From the NCBI GenBank assembly GCA_003427395.1, contig BFEA01000046.1, forward strand, positions 3,182,484 to 3,246,483: a stretch of 64,000 nt of DNA. The letters run 5' to 3'. Below the pieces are notes generated by a model. That model was given only the letters and a program-made list of their open reading frames with translations. It was not told where the DNA came from and ran no database searches. The position numbers were made by a program, and so were the translations under genes. Source of the stretch: Chara braunii (Eukaryota > Plantae > Charophyceae). Of the stretch, positions 24,574 through 35,127 are shown piece by piece (position 1 is the first letter of the stretch; every line of letters starts with the position of its first letter).

Positions 24574-25025
24574 CCTGCGGTCTAGGCCGCGAGCATTTCG
24601 GCCGCTGCGGTCGAGATTCTCGGTTGCGGTCACGGCCGATGAGGCCCAGTCCGCGGTCTTGTTTTTCAATATTTTTATTTCCCCTAAAAATACGTAAAAA
24701 AAAAACAAAACATTTGGGGATGTAGGGCTTGAAAAACACTACACTCCTATATTTTGTTTTTTGAAATCCAACTTTATATAAGATTTTTAAAAAATCAAAA
24801 CCTAAAATCGATTTAAACAAAATAAAAATATATATATATAAAGAAAAGACTGAATTTTTTTTTGTCATTTTTCATCATGAGATATATGGTCACTGAGTAC
24901 ACTTGTATTTTTTTTAGAATTGGATTTTTGTTTTTGGCAGGGAAATGAGGTTTTTTAAAAAAATGCAGATGCAAAAAAAAAAAAAAAAAAAAAAAAAAGG
25001 TTTGATTGATTGATTGATTGATTGA

Positions 25026-25555
25026 NNNNNNNNNNNNNNNNNNNNNNNNNNNNNNNNNNNNNNNNNNNNNNNNNNNNNNNNNNNNNNNNNNNNNNNNNNN
25101 NNNNNNNNNNNNNNNNNNNNNNNNNNNNNNNNNNNNNNNNNNNNNNNNNNNNNNNNNNNNNNNNNNNNNNNNNNNNNNNNNNNNNNNNNNNNNNNNNNNN
25201 NNNNNNNNNNNNNNNNNNNNNNNNNNNNNNNNNNNNNNNNNNNNNNNNNNNNNNNNNNNNNNNNNNNNNNNNNNNNNNNNNNNNNNNNNNNNNNNNNNNN
25301 NNNNNNNNNNNNNNNNNNNNNNNNNNNNNNNNNNNNNNNNNNNNNNNNNNNNNNNNNNNNNNNNNNNNNNNNNNNNNNNNNNNNNNNNNNNNNNNNNNNN
25401 NNNNNNNNNNNNNNNNNNNNNNNNNNNNNNNNNNNNNNNNNNNNNNNNNNNNNNNNNNNNNNNNNNNNNNNNNNNNNNNNNNNNNNNNNNNNNNNNNNNN
25501 NNNNNNNNNNNNNNNNNNNNNNNNNNNNNNNNNNNNNNNNNNNNNNNNNNNNNNN
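25026..25555. other. Assembly gap flanked by poly-A, (ATTG)n and (TG)n
   Basis: N run. Confidence 0.99.
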
Positions 25556-25570
25556 TGTGTGTGTGTGTGT

Positions 25571-25606
<36 letters not shown>

Positions 25607-28600
25607 ATGAGGGAGCGTGTGCGAGGGAGCTGCGTTGCGCAGTGTCAGCGCGAATACCCTTACAAGGGTATCCGCCCTGGTTTTTGCAGATGACAGGCAA
25701 AATGGGTTGGTCAAAATAAGCCGTGCGAGGTACGACCACGTCCGGGACCCGCCTTGGCTAAGTTAGGAGGTATGTGGGTGCACAGTCTTAAGGCGCGCGT
25801 GTGATTTTTCTGATTGAGAAGGCGGCCGGTCTAGTCGACCGACCTGGACCGTATTACGGACCTGATTAAGGAAGGGAAGTTCGTTTTTGGTTGGCACACG
25901 CGACCGACGGTAGGACTGGCGCGCCGGTAGGCGCGCGGAATGGCCATGGCGCGGGTTGGTAGGTCGCCGCAGGCACTTAGGGGCCGTGGGTGCAAATGTG
26001 GGCTGTAGGAATGGCCAGGGCATTTTCGTGGCCCTGAATATGGCGCGGCACTACTTTACATAGGAGGTTGCGCCTGTTGGTCTCAAGCAAGGGCATAACC
26101 CTATAGGTTACGGTGTTGGATTATTGCTACGGAGGTTCAGGGATCGAGGCCGGCGGGAGTTGGAGTAGCAGCGGCGGAGCGTCGTGGAGGAAACTGAGGG
26201 GGTTGAGGGCCCGACGGGGACCGGTAGGGCACCAGTGGTCCTCGGCCTTTGTTTAGGATTTATATATATATATATATATGTTATTCTATTTTATATTATT
26301 TTTGTTTTATTTATTTATTTTTATTATTATCCACAGGTCCCACGCCGTTTAGGGGCGCCGTATCGCGGCGGCTGTTAGGGACCGAGAGCCTGGCCCAGTG
26401 GTACACCCATGAGCTGATTGGGAGGCAATCCCTCGTTCGGCCCGGACGGTGGGCCTCCGTGGATGAAGCCGAGTGTTTTGGGCTGCCCGGAGCCGCTCAG
26501 GTTCCGGGGGGCTGCACGACAGCTCCGCTGAGTCCTTCGGGACATCCGTAAAAAAAAAATTGGAAAGATACGGGGAAGATTTGCATGGCCCCGGCGCAAG
26601 GATGAAGTGTATAATCCGTCGCAAGGTCCGACAGTCGGCTGCTTTTATCATAATCGAGCGTTGTCGGACCGCGCGGTGTCGGGAAGGGCCGGGTTGATGT
26701 CAACGCAGTCCGCCTACTGCCGGGAACGAGAGGAGCAAAGCGACGGACGGTGGAAGGGGTGGAGCAGGCGAGCGATGAAAGGCAGGGTAGAGGAAAAGGG
26801 GGCGGAGTGAACCTGGCCGGGTTCGGTGCCGGGGTGCATTCGGAACGAGCACGGGAGATGGCGGATTGGTGGGTGGGTGTAGCCGGAAAGGCATATCTCG
26901 CCCGATCCTGATCGGAATCGAGCGAGGGAGGAGGCAAACCTGGGGTTCTTACCCCGGGCGAATCCATTGGTAGGGGTAGATTAGGGAGAAACATGGAGTA
27001 GGAGGAGTTAGTAGGAAGTTGGGCCGCGTGAGGCTATGGCAGAAGGGTAAGTGGCGGGGGTAAGAGGTCGCTTACCTCACCCGGTGTCGGTCGGAATCGG
27101 ATGGGAGAGAGTGCTATATGGGGGGTTTTCGGTCAGGCGACCCCGATGGTGAAGCTAGTTTTGGAGAAAAGAGAGTAGGAGGGCCGGCACGAGAGAGAAG
27201 TCGGTGCTATGCATGGCGGGGTAGATTGCAGGTGGAGACTGAATGAACCTTCCCGTATCCTAGCGGGAGATTCATTCTCGTATTTAGCGAGCCGGGTGGA
27301 TGAGCGCGTTGGGGCTTCATAAAGAGAGGTAGGGCGGAGCGTTACAGTCCGGTCAGCCACTACAGTGTGGGCGCTGTTGGGTCGAGAGAAAGGGTAGAGG
27401 AACAGGCGGAGCGACGGGCGAACGAGGAAATACAGCAAAGAACCCGGACGGGAATCGTACCGGGTGCATTCGAAAGGGGGCAAAGGGGAGAATCGAGATA
27501 ATACTCAATTCTTGATAGAATCAAGTGGGGTAGACATCGGAATCGGGTTTTTAGGGACGGGCGAACCCAAAGGTAAAGTCGGATTTAGCAGAGGGTTAGT
27601 AAGCTAGTCGGGGCGAAGAGAAGCTATTGCGTGGAGCTATGGCGGAGCGGAAAGATGAGGGGAGCGAAAGGCTTTTATCTCGCTCGATCCTCGATGGAGT
27701 CGAGCGAGACAAGATGTGATTTAGGGGTGTTGGGGCTTTGAGAGAGTTGTGGCAACGTTAAACTTAGGAGTTAGTGGACAAATGCGGAGTTACAAGAGAG
27801 GGATTGTGAGTTGGAAGCTAGCCTAAGTGCGCATGCCGGCTACCTCGGTCAATTCGAAGGGGGGACTTACCTGCACAGTTTAAGCCAACCCGCCGATGTG
27901 TTGGACTCAAACCCTCGTAAGAGTAGCCTCAACTTTTTGGAACTGGCTTCTTTCCTGCCCGCTTCGGGCAGGACCGAGAACTGGTGCCTACTTCCAGATT
28001 TTCGACAAACTGTTACCTGCCTGTTTCGAACTGTTGGCGGCTGAGCCAGTGGAAGGCGAGTTGAAGATTCTGAGGCCTGCATCACCGGCAAGCTCACTGC
28101 TCGCCCCACCTTGCTGAAGACCAGCCCACGGGTCGAGGTGTTGCTCAGCCCGACAGTCGAAGGGGGAGCATGGGGAGTAAGTTACGGGCTCACACCATCG
28201 ACTGTTGATGGGGCGGCGCCCGTCTGACCGGGAAGGGCGATGGGAGGTGAGCCACCTGTTGCGGACTAAGACGGTGGCAGGCCGCTACAGAGTGGGGGTT
28301 TGGTTGTTAGCCGGGACACCGACTATCCCACCAAGTGCAGTGACTGGTGGAGAGTTGCAAGTTAGTAAAGCTCGCCTGTCTCGGCCTTGGCGGGTTGAGT
28401 GCTGCAGTCGGGGAAGTTGCCAGGAGATTGGGTCTGGCAGCTTGACTTTAAGTCGTAACCAAGTTGCTGCAGATTGGTGCATTGTGGGAAGGGCATTGTT
28501 GGGGTCGTAAGACGACAATCTTAGAGGATTGGTGTGGGGGGGGCTGACAGGTTGGACTGCACAAACTGGTGCTATTGTTGCGTAGTGTGACGAGCTGCTG

Positions 28601-29401
28601 CTGTGCCATTGACAACGCCACGTATTGCTGCTGACTATTGCTGGCCGCGCGAGCTGCGGATGCGCCTATTGACTGGGCACAATTTGGTTGCTGCTGGTTA
28701 TTGCATATCGCTGCGGCAAGTTGTTGTCTGCTACAGCCTGCTGTGCAGCAGCCATTGGAACTGGAGGAATCACTGAGTCTGGGAAAAAAAGGGTGTCGCT
28801 ATGAACTAGAGGGTCGTCACCGGAGAGTTGGTCCAGCAGGGTGACTTCAGGTTTGACTTCGGGTTGACTGAAGGCTACGTGTTTGGCCATCATTGCGTGA
28901 CCCTAAGGTGAGACAAGATAACAAGGCCCTCTCCTGTGAGTCTGAGTGCACCTCTCTTGGATTTGAGAGTCTTAAAGCGTCTCCTTCTGCCCTTCTTGTT
29001 CTAAGTTTGGTTCTGAGAGGAAGGCGGCAGGCGGGATTGCAACCCATAATCCGCGCCAAGGCCTCTGTGGGAGGTTCGCCCCACCGATTGCGGGAGCTCT
29101 GCCGGAACTTAGGAGGAGTTCTGGAGGCGGGGAACTTAGAGGTAATCATTGCTTCCCTTCTATATACCCAGATTATAACCCTTAACTGTATCTCTTTCTA
29201 TGACTTGGCTGAGTGTACTGCATGTGTACCTGAATTTGAGTTTGACTTTCAGGACATAAATCAGACTAAGTAAAGGAATGCATGTGCAATCTCAGTTTCA
29301 GTTTTGTTGACTGCCTGAAGGCAGATTGTGAACAAAGGGGAACTACATCTGGGGAAGGGGGGGAGAAACACAATTTGCTTGAGATTGAAAGGGTCTTATA
29401 G

Positions 29402-30287
29402 AGTCAGGCATGTTCCATAAGATTGGATGGCCTGACTGTTGTGTTTTATTCTGGTTTTCTGTAAAGGGTCAAGCTTTGTTTCTAAGATGAATGGCTTGGC
29501 CGTCGCGTTTATTTAATTTCGTCAGGCTTTGTTCCTAAGATGAATGGCCTGACTACTTATTTTGTGGGGATTTAGGTTGTGCATACTTGAGCGCCAGACA
29601 TTGTTCCATAAGATTGGATGGTCTGGTCGCTGTTTATTTTTTTTGTGGTTTCTAATGCTTTGTTTTTTTTTGTGTTAAAAGAGGGGGTTGAACTTTGTTT
29701 CTAAAATGAATGGCTGAACTCCTTTGTTTGTTTATTCTGAGGGAGTAACCTTCGCTGAGGTCAAAGCATGTTTCATAAGATTGGATGGCTTAGAGCTCAT
29801 GTTGCACACAGATGGATCAAAGAGAAACAAACCTGGCGGAGGACCAGATATGTTCCATAAGATTGGATGGTCTGGCCCAATGCCTCGCATATGTTAGAAC
29901 CCAAAAGGTTATAATTTGGCTATATTTTATTATTATTTTATCTATGAACGGGCTAGTCAGACAAGGGTTCCATAAGATTGGATGGTCTGACTATAGCTTA
30001 TCGTAATTTTGAAGAGAGTACAACTAAGAATATAACTGAAGGTAACTTTGGGCAGGCTGAGCTTTGTTTCTAAGATGAATGGCTCAGTCCTACGTCCAAC
30101 TTTTGAATATTAAGTTCATAGAATTGTATATAACTTGAATATTAAACAGTTCAGGGCGACTAAGTTTTGTTTCTAAGATGAATGGTTTAGTCATATGCCC
30201 AAAAGAAGAGAGAAGTAGTTGTGCAACCTGTTCGTGTATGCTCAATGGCTGGTTCAGGCATGTTCCATAAGATTGGATGACCTGACT
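29402..30287 (+). ncRNA. Array of 11 covarying stem-loops with TAAGAT loop (putative cis-acting RNA elements)
   Basis: Examples: AGTCAGGC-ATGTTCCATAAGATTGGATG-GCCTGACT; GGTCAAGC-TTTGTTTCTAAGATGAATG-GCTTGGCC; GGCTGAGC-...-GCTCAGTC. G-T pairs favour plus-strand RNA. Confidence 0.75.
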
Positions 30288-30570
30288 TTAGGTCTTATGT
30301 AAGCAGGGTATAAAGGGTTAAGGAATTGAAAGATTATGAACCATTGTCTGCTAAGTTGACTTGGGGATGGCGAGTACTTACCTTTGTGGTTTGATATTGC
30401 ATGTGGCTGAATGAGGCTACTACTTGGTCTGGGTTTCAGTTGACAGGTAGTTGCTTTAGAGGCTCGCCGCGTGCTAGAGCAATAAGAGTAAGTTTATTTG
30501 ACTTGGATCTATTCTCGCATTTTCTCGGATCCTTTGTTATATTTGGCTTTATATGAATCTTGGTAAGCTA

Positions 30571-30870
30571 CTTTCTCTATGGGAAGCGCTGCCGAAATTT
30601 CTACAAATCTAAGGAGTTAGTCGACTTTTGACTTTTCAAGTTCAATTTGTCTAAAGTTCATATATGACTTAGTAAAAGTCTGGAAAACCTTCTTTTCTAA
30701 AGGGAGTGTTGCCAAAATTTTTGCTAATTCAGGGAGTTAAACAAAATTGGAATTTGAAAAGTCAAAGACTATTTCTGTTTTCATATTCGGGATGATATAA
30801 ATTCTGGAAAGACACTTTTCCTATTGGAAGCGCTGCCAAAATTTTCTTAGTTTAAAGGGGTTAAATTATA
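30571..30870 (+). repeat. About 122-bp tandem repeat in LTR A, 3 copies
   Basis: TTTCTNNNGGGAGTGCTGCCNAAATTT...GGAGTTAG at about 30571, 30693 and 30816. Confidence 0.8.
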
Positions 30871-33140
30871 TTTTGACAGGTGGCGATTCTGATGATCCAC
30901 TCTATATGGGGGAGATTATGCCAGAGTCTACTTTTGCTTTGGGCACTGCCTAGCAGTAAATTCAGGCTTAGTCAAGTTAGGATGATTTAGGTGAGGTCGT
31001 GATGTGGGGTTTATTCTCCATGGATTTATAGGCTTAGCCTGGGGATTGGTCTGTCGTGTGTTAGAGGTCCTCTGGACCGTTTGATTCAGGATTGGACCGG
31101 TTTAGGCATAAATCTTACAAGGATCATCTTCTGTTATCACTGATAATAGGTCGGTTGTCGATTCGTCAGTCTACGACTTAATTCCAACCCACTCCCCCGG
31201 ACTCAACCTAAAAGGTTTTAGCCCTGGTGATCTTTGTTGTTTTGTTAAGCTTTCACCCAGACTTTTATTGAATGGCCATTTAACAAAGGCGCTGAGTATT
31301 TAATTATGGTAGGCTGGACAAGAGATTGAGACTTGCTTGGCTAAAGCGAGGGGTATGAGTGTTGAGGATGGTTGGGGTGGACTCCGTGTAGCGCGTGGAC
31401 TGTTGTTTGACACTTTGATGTGATTGCAGGTATGTGCTGTGGCTTAGATTCTGGATTTGATTGCTGCGACCACATATATACATATGGTTGTGAGAAACCC
31501 CACTGAGACTGTGAGAAGTGATTGTCACATACTTATCCCCCTTTATACATGTATACGAGTGTGCACCCATGTTGAGTGTTCGCGTGGCCTAAGGAGCCCC
31601 GTACTAAAGGCGTACTCAGAGGATAGGACTGGGTGACGCAAGGGAGACCCTTCCTTTCATTTTGCTTCTTGAGGGTTTCTTAGCCGGACGTTGGTCCTGG
31701 GCCAGGGTTCAAGGTCCTTATCCAGTATATCCCAAGCCCTAAACTCTACAGGGAAGGGACCTCCCCCCGCGCAGAGCCTATTTACTCTGTCCGTCGAGAC
31801 ACCCAACCCTGAGGGCGGAAGTGTCGCGAGGGCCGAACGACATGCCCTTCAGTCGCTCAATATCGTGACGGGTAACCACCCCCCACGATACATTCCTTCA
31901 GCCATTCAATATCGCGGGGCCGGAGACGCGATTACCACGTATGACCAGCATCGTTGGTTGGTATAGGATTTGGCCTGCAACCGCGCGACTTTATATTGAA
32001 GCCTTGCGCGACGTTTCGCCATCGCAGCTTCTAGGGGTTATGGGATCAAGGGACTCGCACGTATGCGTGAACGCTCGGGATTATTATAGGCCGTCGGCGC
32101 CGACTGAAAAGGGGTACCCCAGGGTCATGATCCCCTTGGGATAGGGGGGCATTTGGCCTACTCTTGCTTTTTAGGATTTTCATAGTTGGACGTTGTAGTT
32201 CGTGGCAGCCGTCAAAGTCAAACCCCTTGACTTCCGACCAGGCCTGGAGCAGGACTCATCCCCAAGGTCGCAAGAAACGACTGCCACCACTGGTATGGAC
32301 CTGTGTACCACCCGCTCTGCACAGAGTGCAGAAGAGGGTGTGTGGTCTTCAACCGCGCATGGCGGTTGTCCAGCGTCGAGAGATTAACCCTCAAGGCATG
32401 TGTCAGCCGACACTTGAGTGCCGAATGCGACCCTCGAGATTAACAAGGACCGCATGGGTCTGGGTACTACATACTACGCCATCACTGTGACCGCTTTGCG
32501 TACGCTTGCATTGCGAATCGATATGAGTAGGCCCTGCGTCCGCGCGATTTTATACTAAGTCTCGCGCGCGACGCCTATCCGATTTCCGCATCGGAAGGTT
32601 ATGGGTTGGTTACTGAAGGGACTAGTAGTGTTATCGTGTTGTTCGAGGTGCGTGCGCGTGTGTTTTTTTTTTTTTGTGTTCGTAGTGTGGCGTATGCATG
32701 GTGAGTGGGATGCGTCCTACTCGACCGACGACGGGCCGCGCTTGGGACTTCAGCCCCCCAAGATGACGGTTCGCGTGCGGGTCCGACAAAGGCCTATTAC
32801 CGCACGTACCCCCTATGCTACAACGAACAAGAAACTCCCTCAGCTGGTCCACCTCTGCGATTGCAACTGATTAGCTTTCATACTGTGGACTGGTAGCTCG
32901 GCGGGGATACGCCCACCGAAGGGAGGTGACAGCTCCTGTAAGGTGGAGGTAAGTCATGCCTCGCGTAGGCCCTATCCTGTCGTAGGGGCTCGCTGGAGGT
33001 ATGGCTGGCGCACTCGGCCGGAGCGGCTTGCGGAAGCTCCATGTATATTGCGACGAAGGATTTAAACCAAACTCCTGCATGACGCGGCCGAGAGGGTCCC
33101 GCGCTGCCTTGTGCGGTGCCGGACCGATGCGCCCGACAGG

Positions 33141-33158
33141 TGGCGCCGTTGCCAGGGA
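33141..33158 (+). promoter_or_regulatory. Primer-binding site, tRNA-Asp type
   Basis: TGGCGCCGTTGCCAGGGA lies 2 nt after the LTR. It is one mismatch from the Athila-type tRNA-Asp PBS TGGCGCCGTTGCCGGGGA. Confidence 0.9.
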
Positions 33159-33505
33159 TAACGGAACCCTACCGTTGTCGCTGGTGGAACGACACCCGGG
33201 TATGGGAATGAGAGGGAATTAGGCATGATTGGGTAAATGATGAGTGAGCGGCGTGGTACTTTGCGTGGTTATGCATATGTAAAACTTGATTACTAATGGA
33301 TCCAGCTGGTAGCTGGGCTGGTTGCGTGATTAAAAAGATTGTATAAAAAGTCTCTTGAAGGGAGTAGGGTTTTGTTAGAATAAGCGTGGTAGTAGGAGCA
33401 GTGCCTGTGAGGATGAGGGAATGTAGGGAGGAAGTGGGGAGCCTGATAGAAATATGTATGTCGGGTGACTGAGTGAAGCTTCTCATTTCTTCTCTTAACA
33501 GGAAG

Positions 33506-35127
33506 ATGTCAGGAGGTGGGGGCGTCGTCCCAAGGAAGACCCTGACGCTCGACGACCTCATCAAGGCCCTGGACAAGTGTAAGAGGGCGCCGAGCAATGT
33601 CCCGAAAGTCGATACATTTCATTTCAAAGGAGAGCAGGTGTCTGATTGGCTGGACTTGACTGAGCAGGCGCTGGTGGGATTGTCGGATAAGATAAAGTTC
33701 CAACGAATCTTGAAGTACGTCCTTCATAGTCACCATCGGGAGGTGAGCAAGGTTGTGGACACCGCCAATGGCAGCTGGGCATGGTTCAGGAACCTGATAT
33801 TAAGGAAGTACAGGCTAGGGGACGGCCTGCTGACCATGGCTGACCTGGAAGCCATGAAGAAGGATGAGTTTTCCACGATTGGGGTGTTCGTACAGGAGTT
33901 TAAGAAGCGGGCAAGGAAGGTGAACGGGATGTCGGAAGAGGCGCAATGTGCCATCTTCCTGGGGCTGCTCATTGGTACGGAGGCCTCGGAACTGACAAGC
34001 CACGGAGGGGGAAGTGAGAAGCTCACCTGGGCCACTATCGATAAAGGGGTGGAAAAAGGTAGTTTGGACCAGGTAGAGCAGCACCAGATGCGGCTGCAGA
34101 GACGCAAAAGGAAGGAGAGGGACGCCACCACATCCGGGACCCCGGGGGTAAAGAAGATCGTTACGGACGTGCTGGCGGCGTTGGGGTATGATAATGAGGC
34201 GGAGGTGCAGAAAAGAGGGGTGACCGTGGCCTAAGGCCGGATATTAGGGGCAGCAGATGAGGAGGCTGGAGTCCTAACTAAGGCCCAGAGGAAGCAGCGC
34301 AATTTGCTAATGGGAGGTCAGGGATCAGGGAAGGGGCAGGCCCCTCAGGCAATTGCTGCACCGTCACTGGCCGCCACGACGGCACCAGTGGCAGCGGGGC
34401 CATCACAGATGGGGCCGCCACCAGCTTGTGGCCATTGGATGCCACATTGTCAGATAGCACTCTGGCCCAGTTGTAACCACTGCACCTCGTGTGGAGGAAG
34501 CCAAGCCCACGCTAGGCAGATGGTCCCATATTCGGGCCCACCAGCAAGGCCCACCAAGCTATCCTGCGGTCCAGGGACAGTTTGTGGCCTAACCGCCACC
34601 CTCACAGCAGGCATCGCGGGCTACCATGGCCGGGGGAGGGAACCAGGGGCAGGGTGGACAAGGTAATGGGGGCCGAGGCCAAGGAGGTCGAGGAGGCGGT
34701 GGCCGAGGCCAAGGAAGGAACGATGGAGGTCGCGGGGGTGGATGGAGTGGCCAAGGGGGACAAGACCAAGGTGGCCAAGGCGGCCAGGAAGGAGGCCAAG
34801 GGTATGGAAAACCCCGCTTTGATTGTCGGAATGCCACCTGCTGGCATTGTGGCTATCAAGGCCACACCATCCGATTTTGCCAAGTGCGGCGGGATGACGA
34901 ACTCTCCGGGTTGATCTCCACCAACATGGATGGAGATATATACGATAAGTATGGGAAGTATATTGAGTTGAAGACACCCGGCGGAGTTAGGCAGGAGGCC
35001 CAAAGGCGAGCGGCGGCAGGGCCAACACCCCCCGCCATGTTCAGGATGTGGCAGGAGAGAGAGGAACCGACCATAAGAGTTGAGGAGATCGTGGAGGATG
35101 AGGACGTAACTCAACAACTAAAGGCGG
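33506..35127 (+). pseudogene. gag: gag of element A, 5' part, interrupted by element B
   Basis: Capsid-like FHFKGEQVSDWL...FVQEFKKRA, RGG/G-rich tract and zinc knuckle CWHCGYQGHTIRFC. The ATG follows the acceptor TTCTCTTAACAG. Confidence 0.9.

Larger units (their letters stand above)
25643..33138 (+). mobile_element. 5' LTR of element A (7496 bp)
   Basis: Starts TGTCAGCGCGAATACCCTTACAAGGGTATCCG as at 35128 and 46730. Ends GGACCGATGCGCCCGACA as at 41550 and 57378. A PBS follows. Confidence 0.93.

Noticed and set aside
24813-25739. Long ORFs across 25026-25555
   Set aside because: They are artefacts of the N gap.
29402-30287. CRISPR array interpretation of the repeat-spacer-like hairpins
   Set aside because: Repeats are non-identical, spacing is irregular, there are no cas genes, and the context is a eukaryotic LTR.
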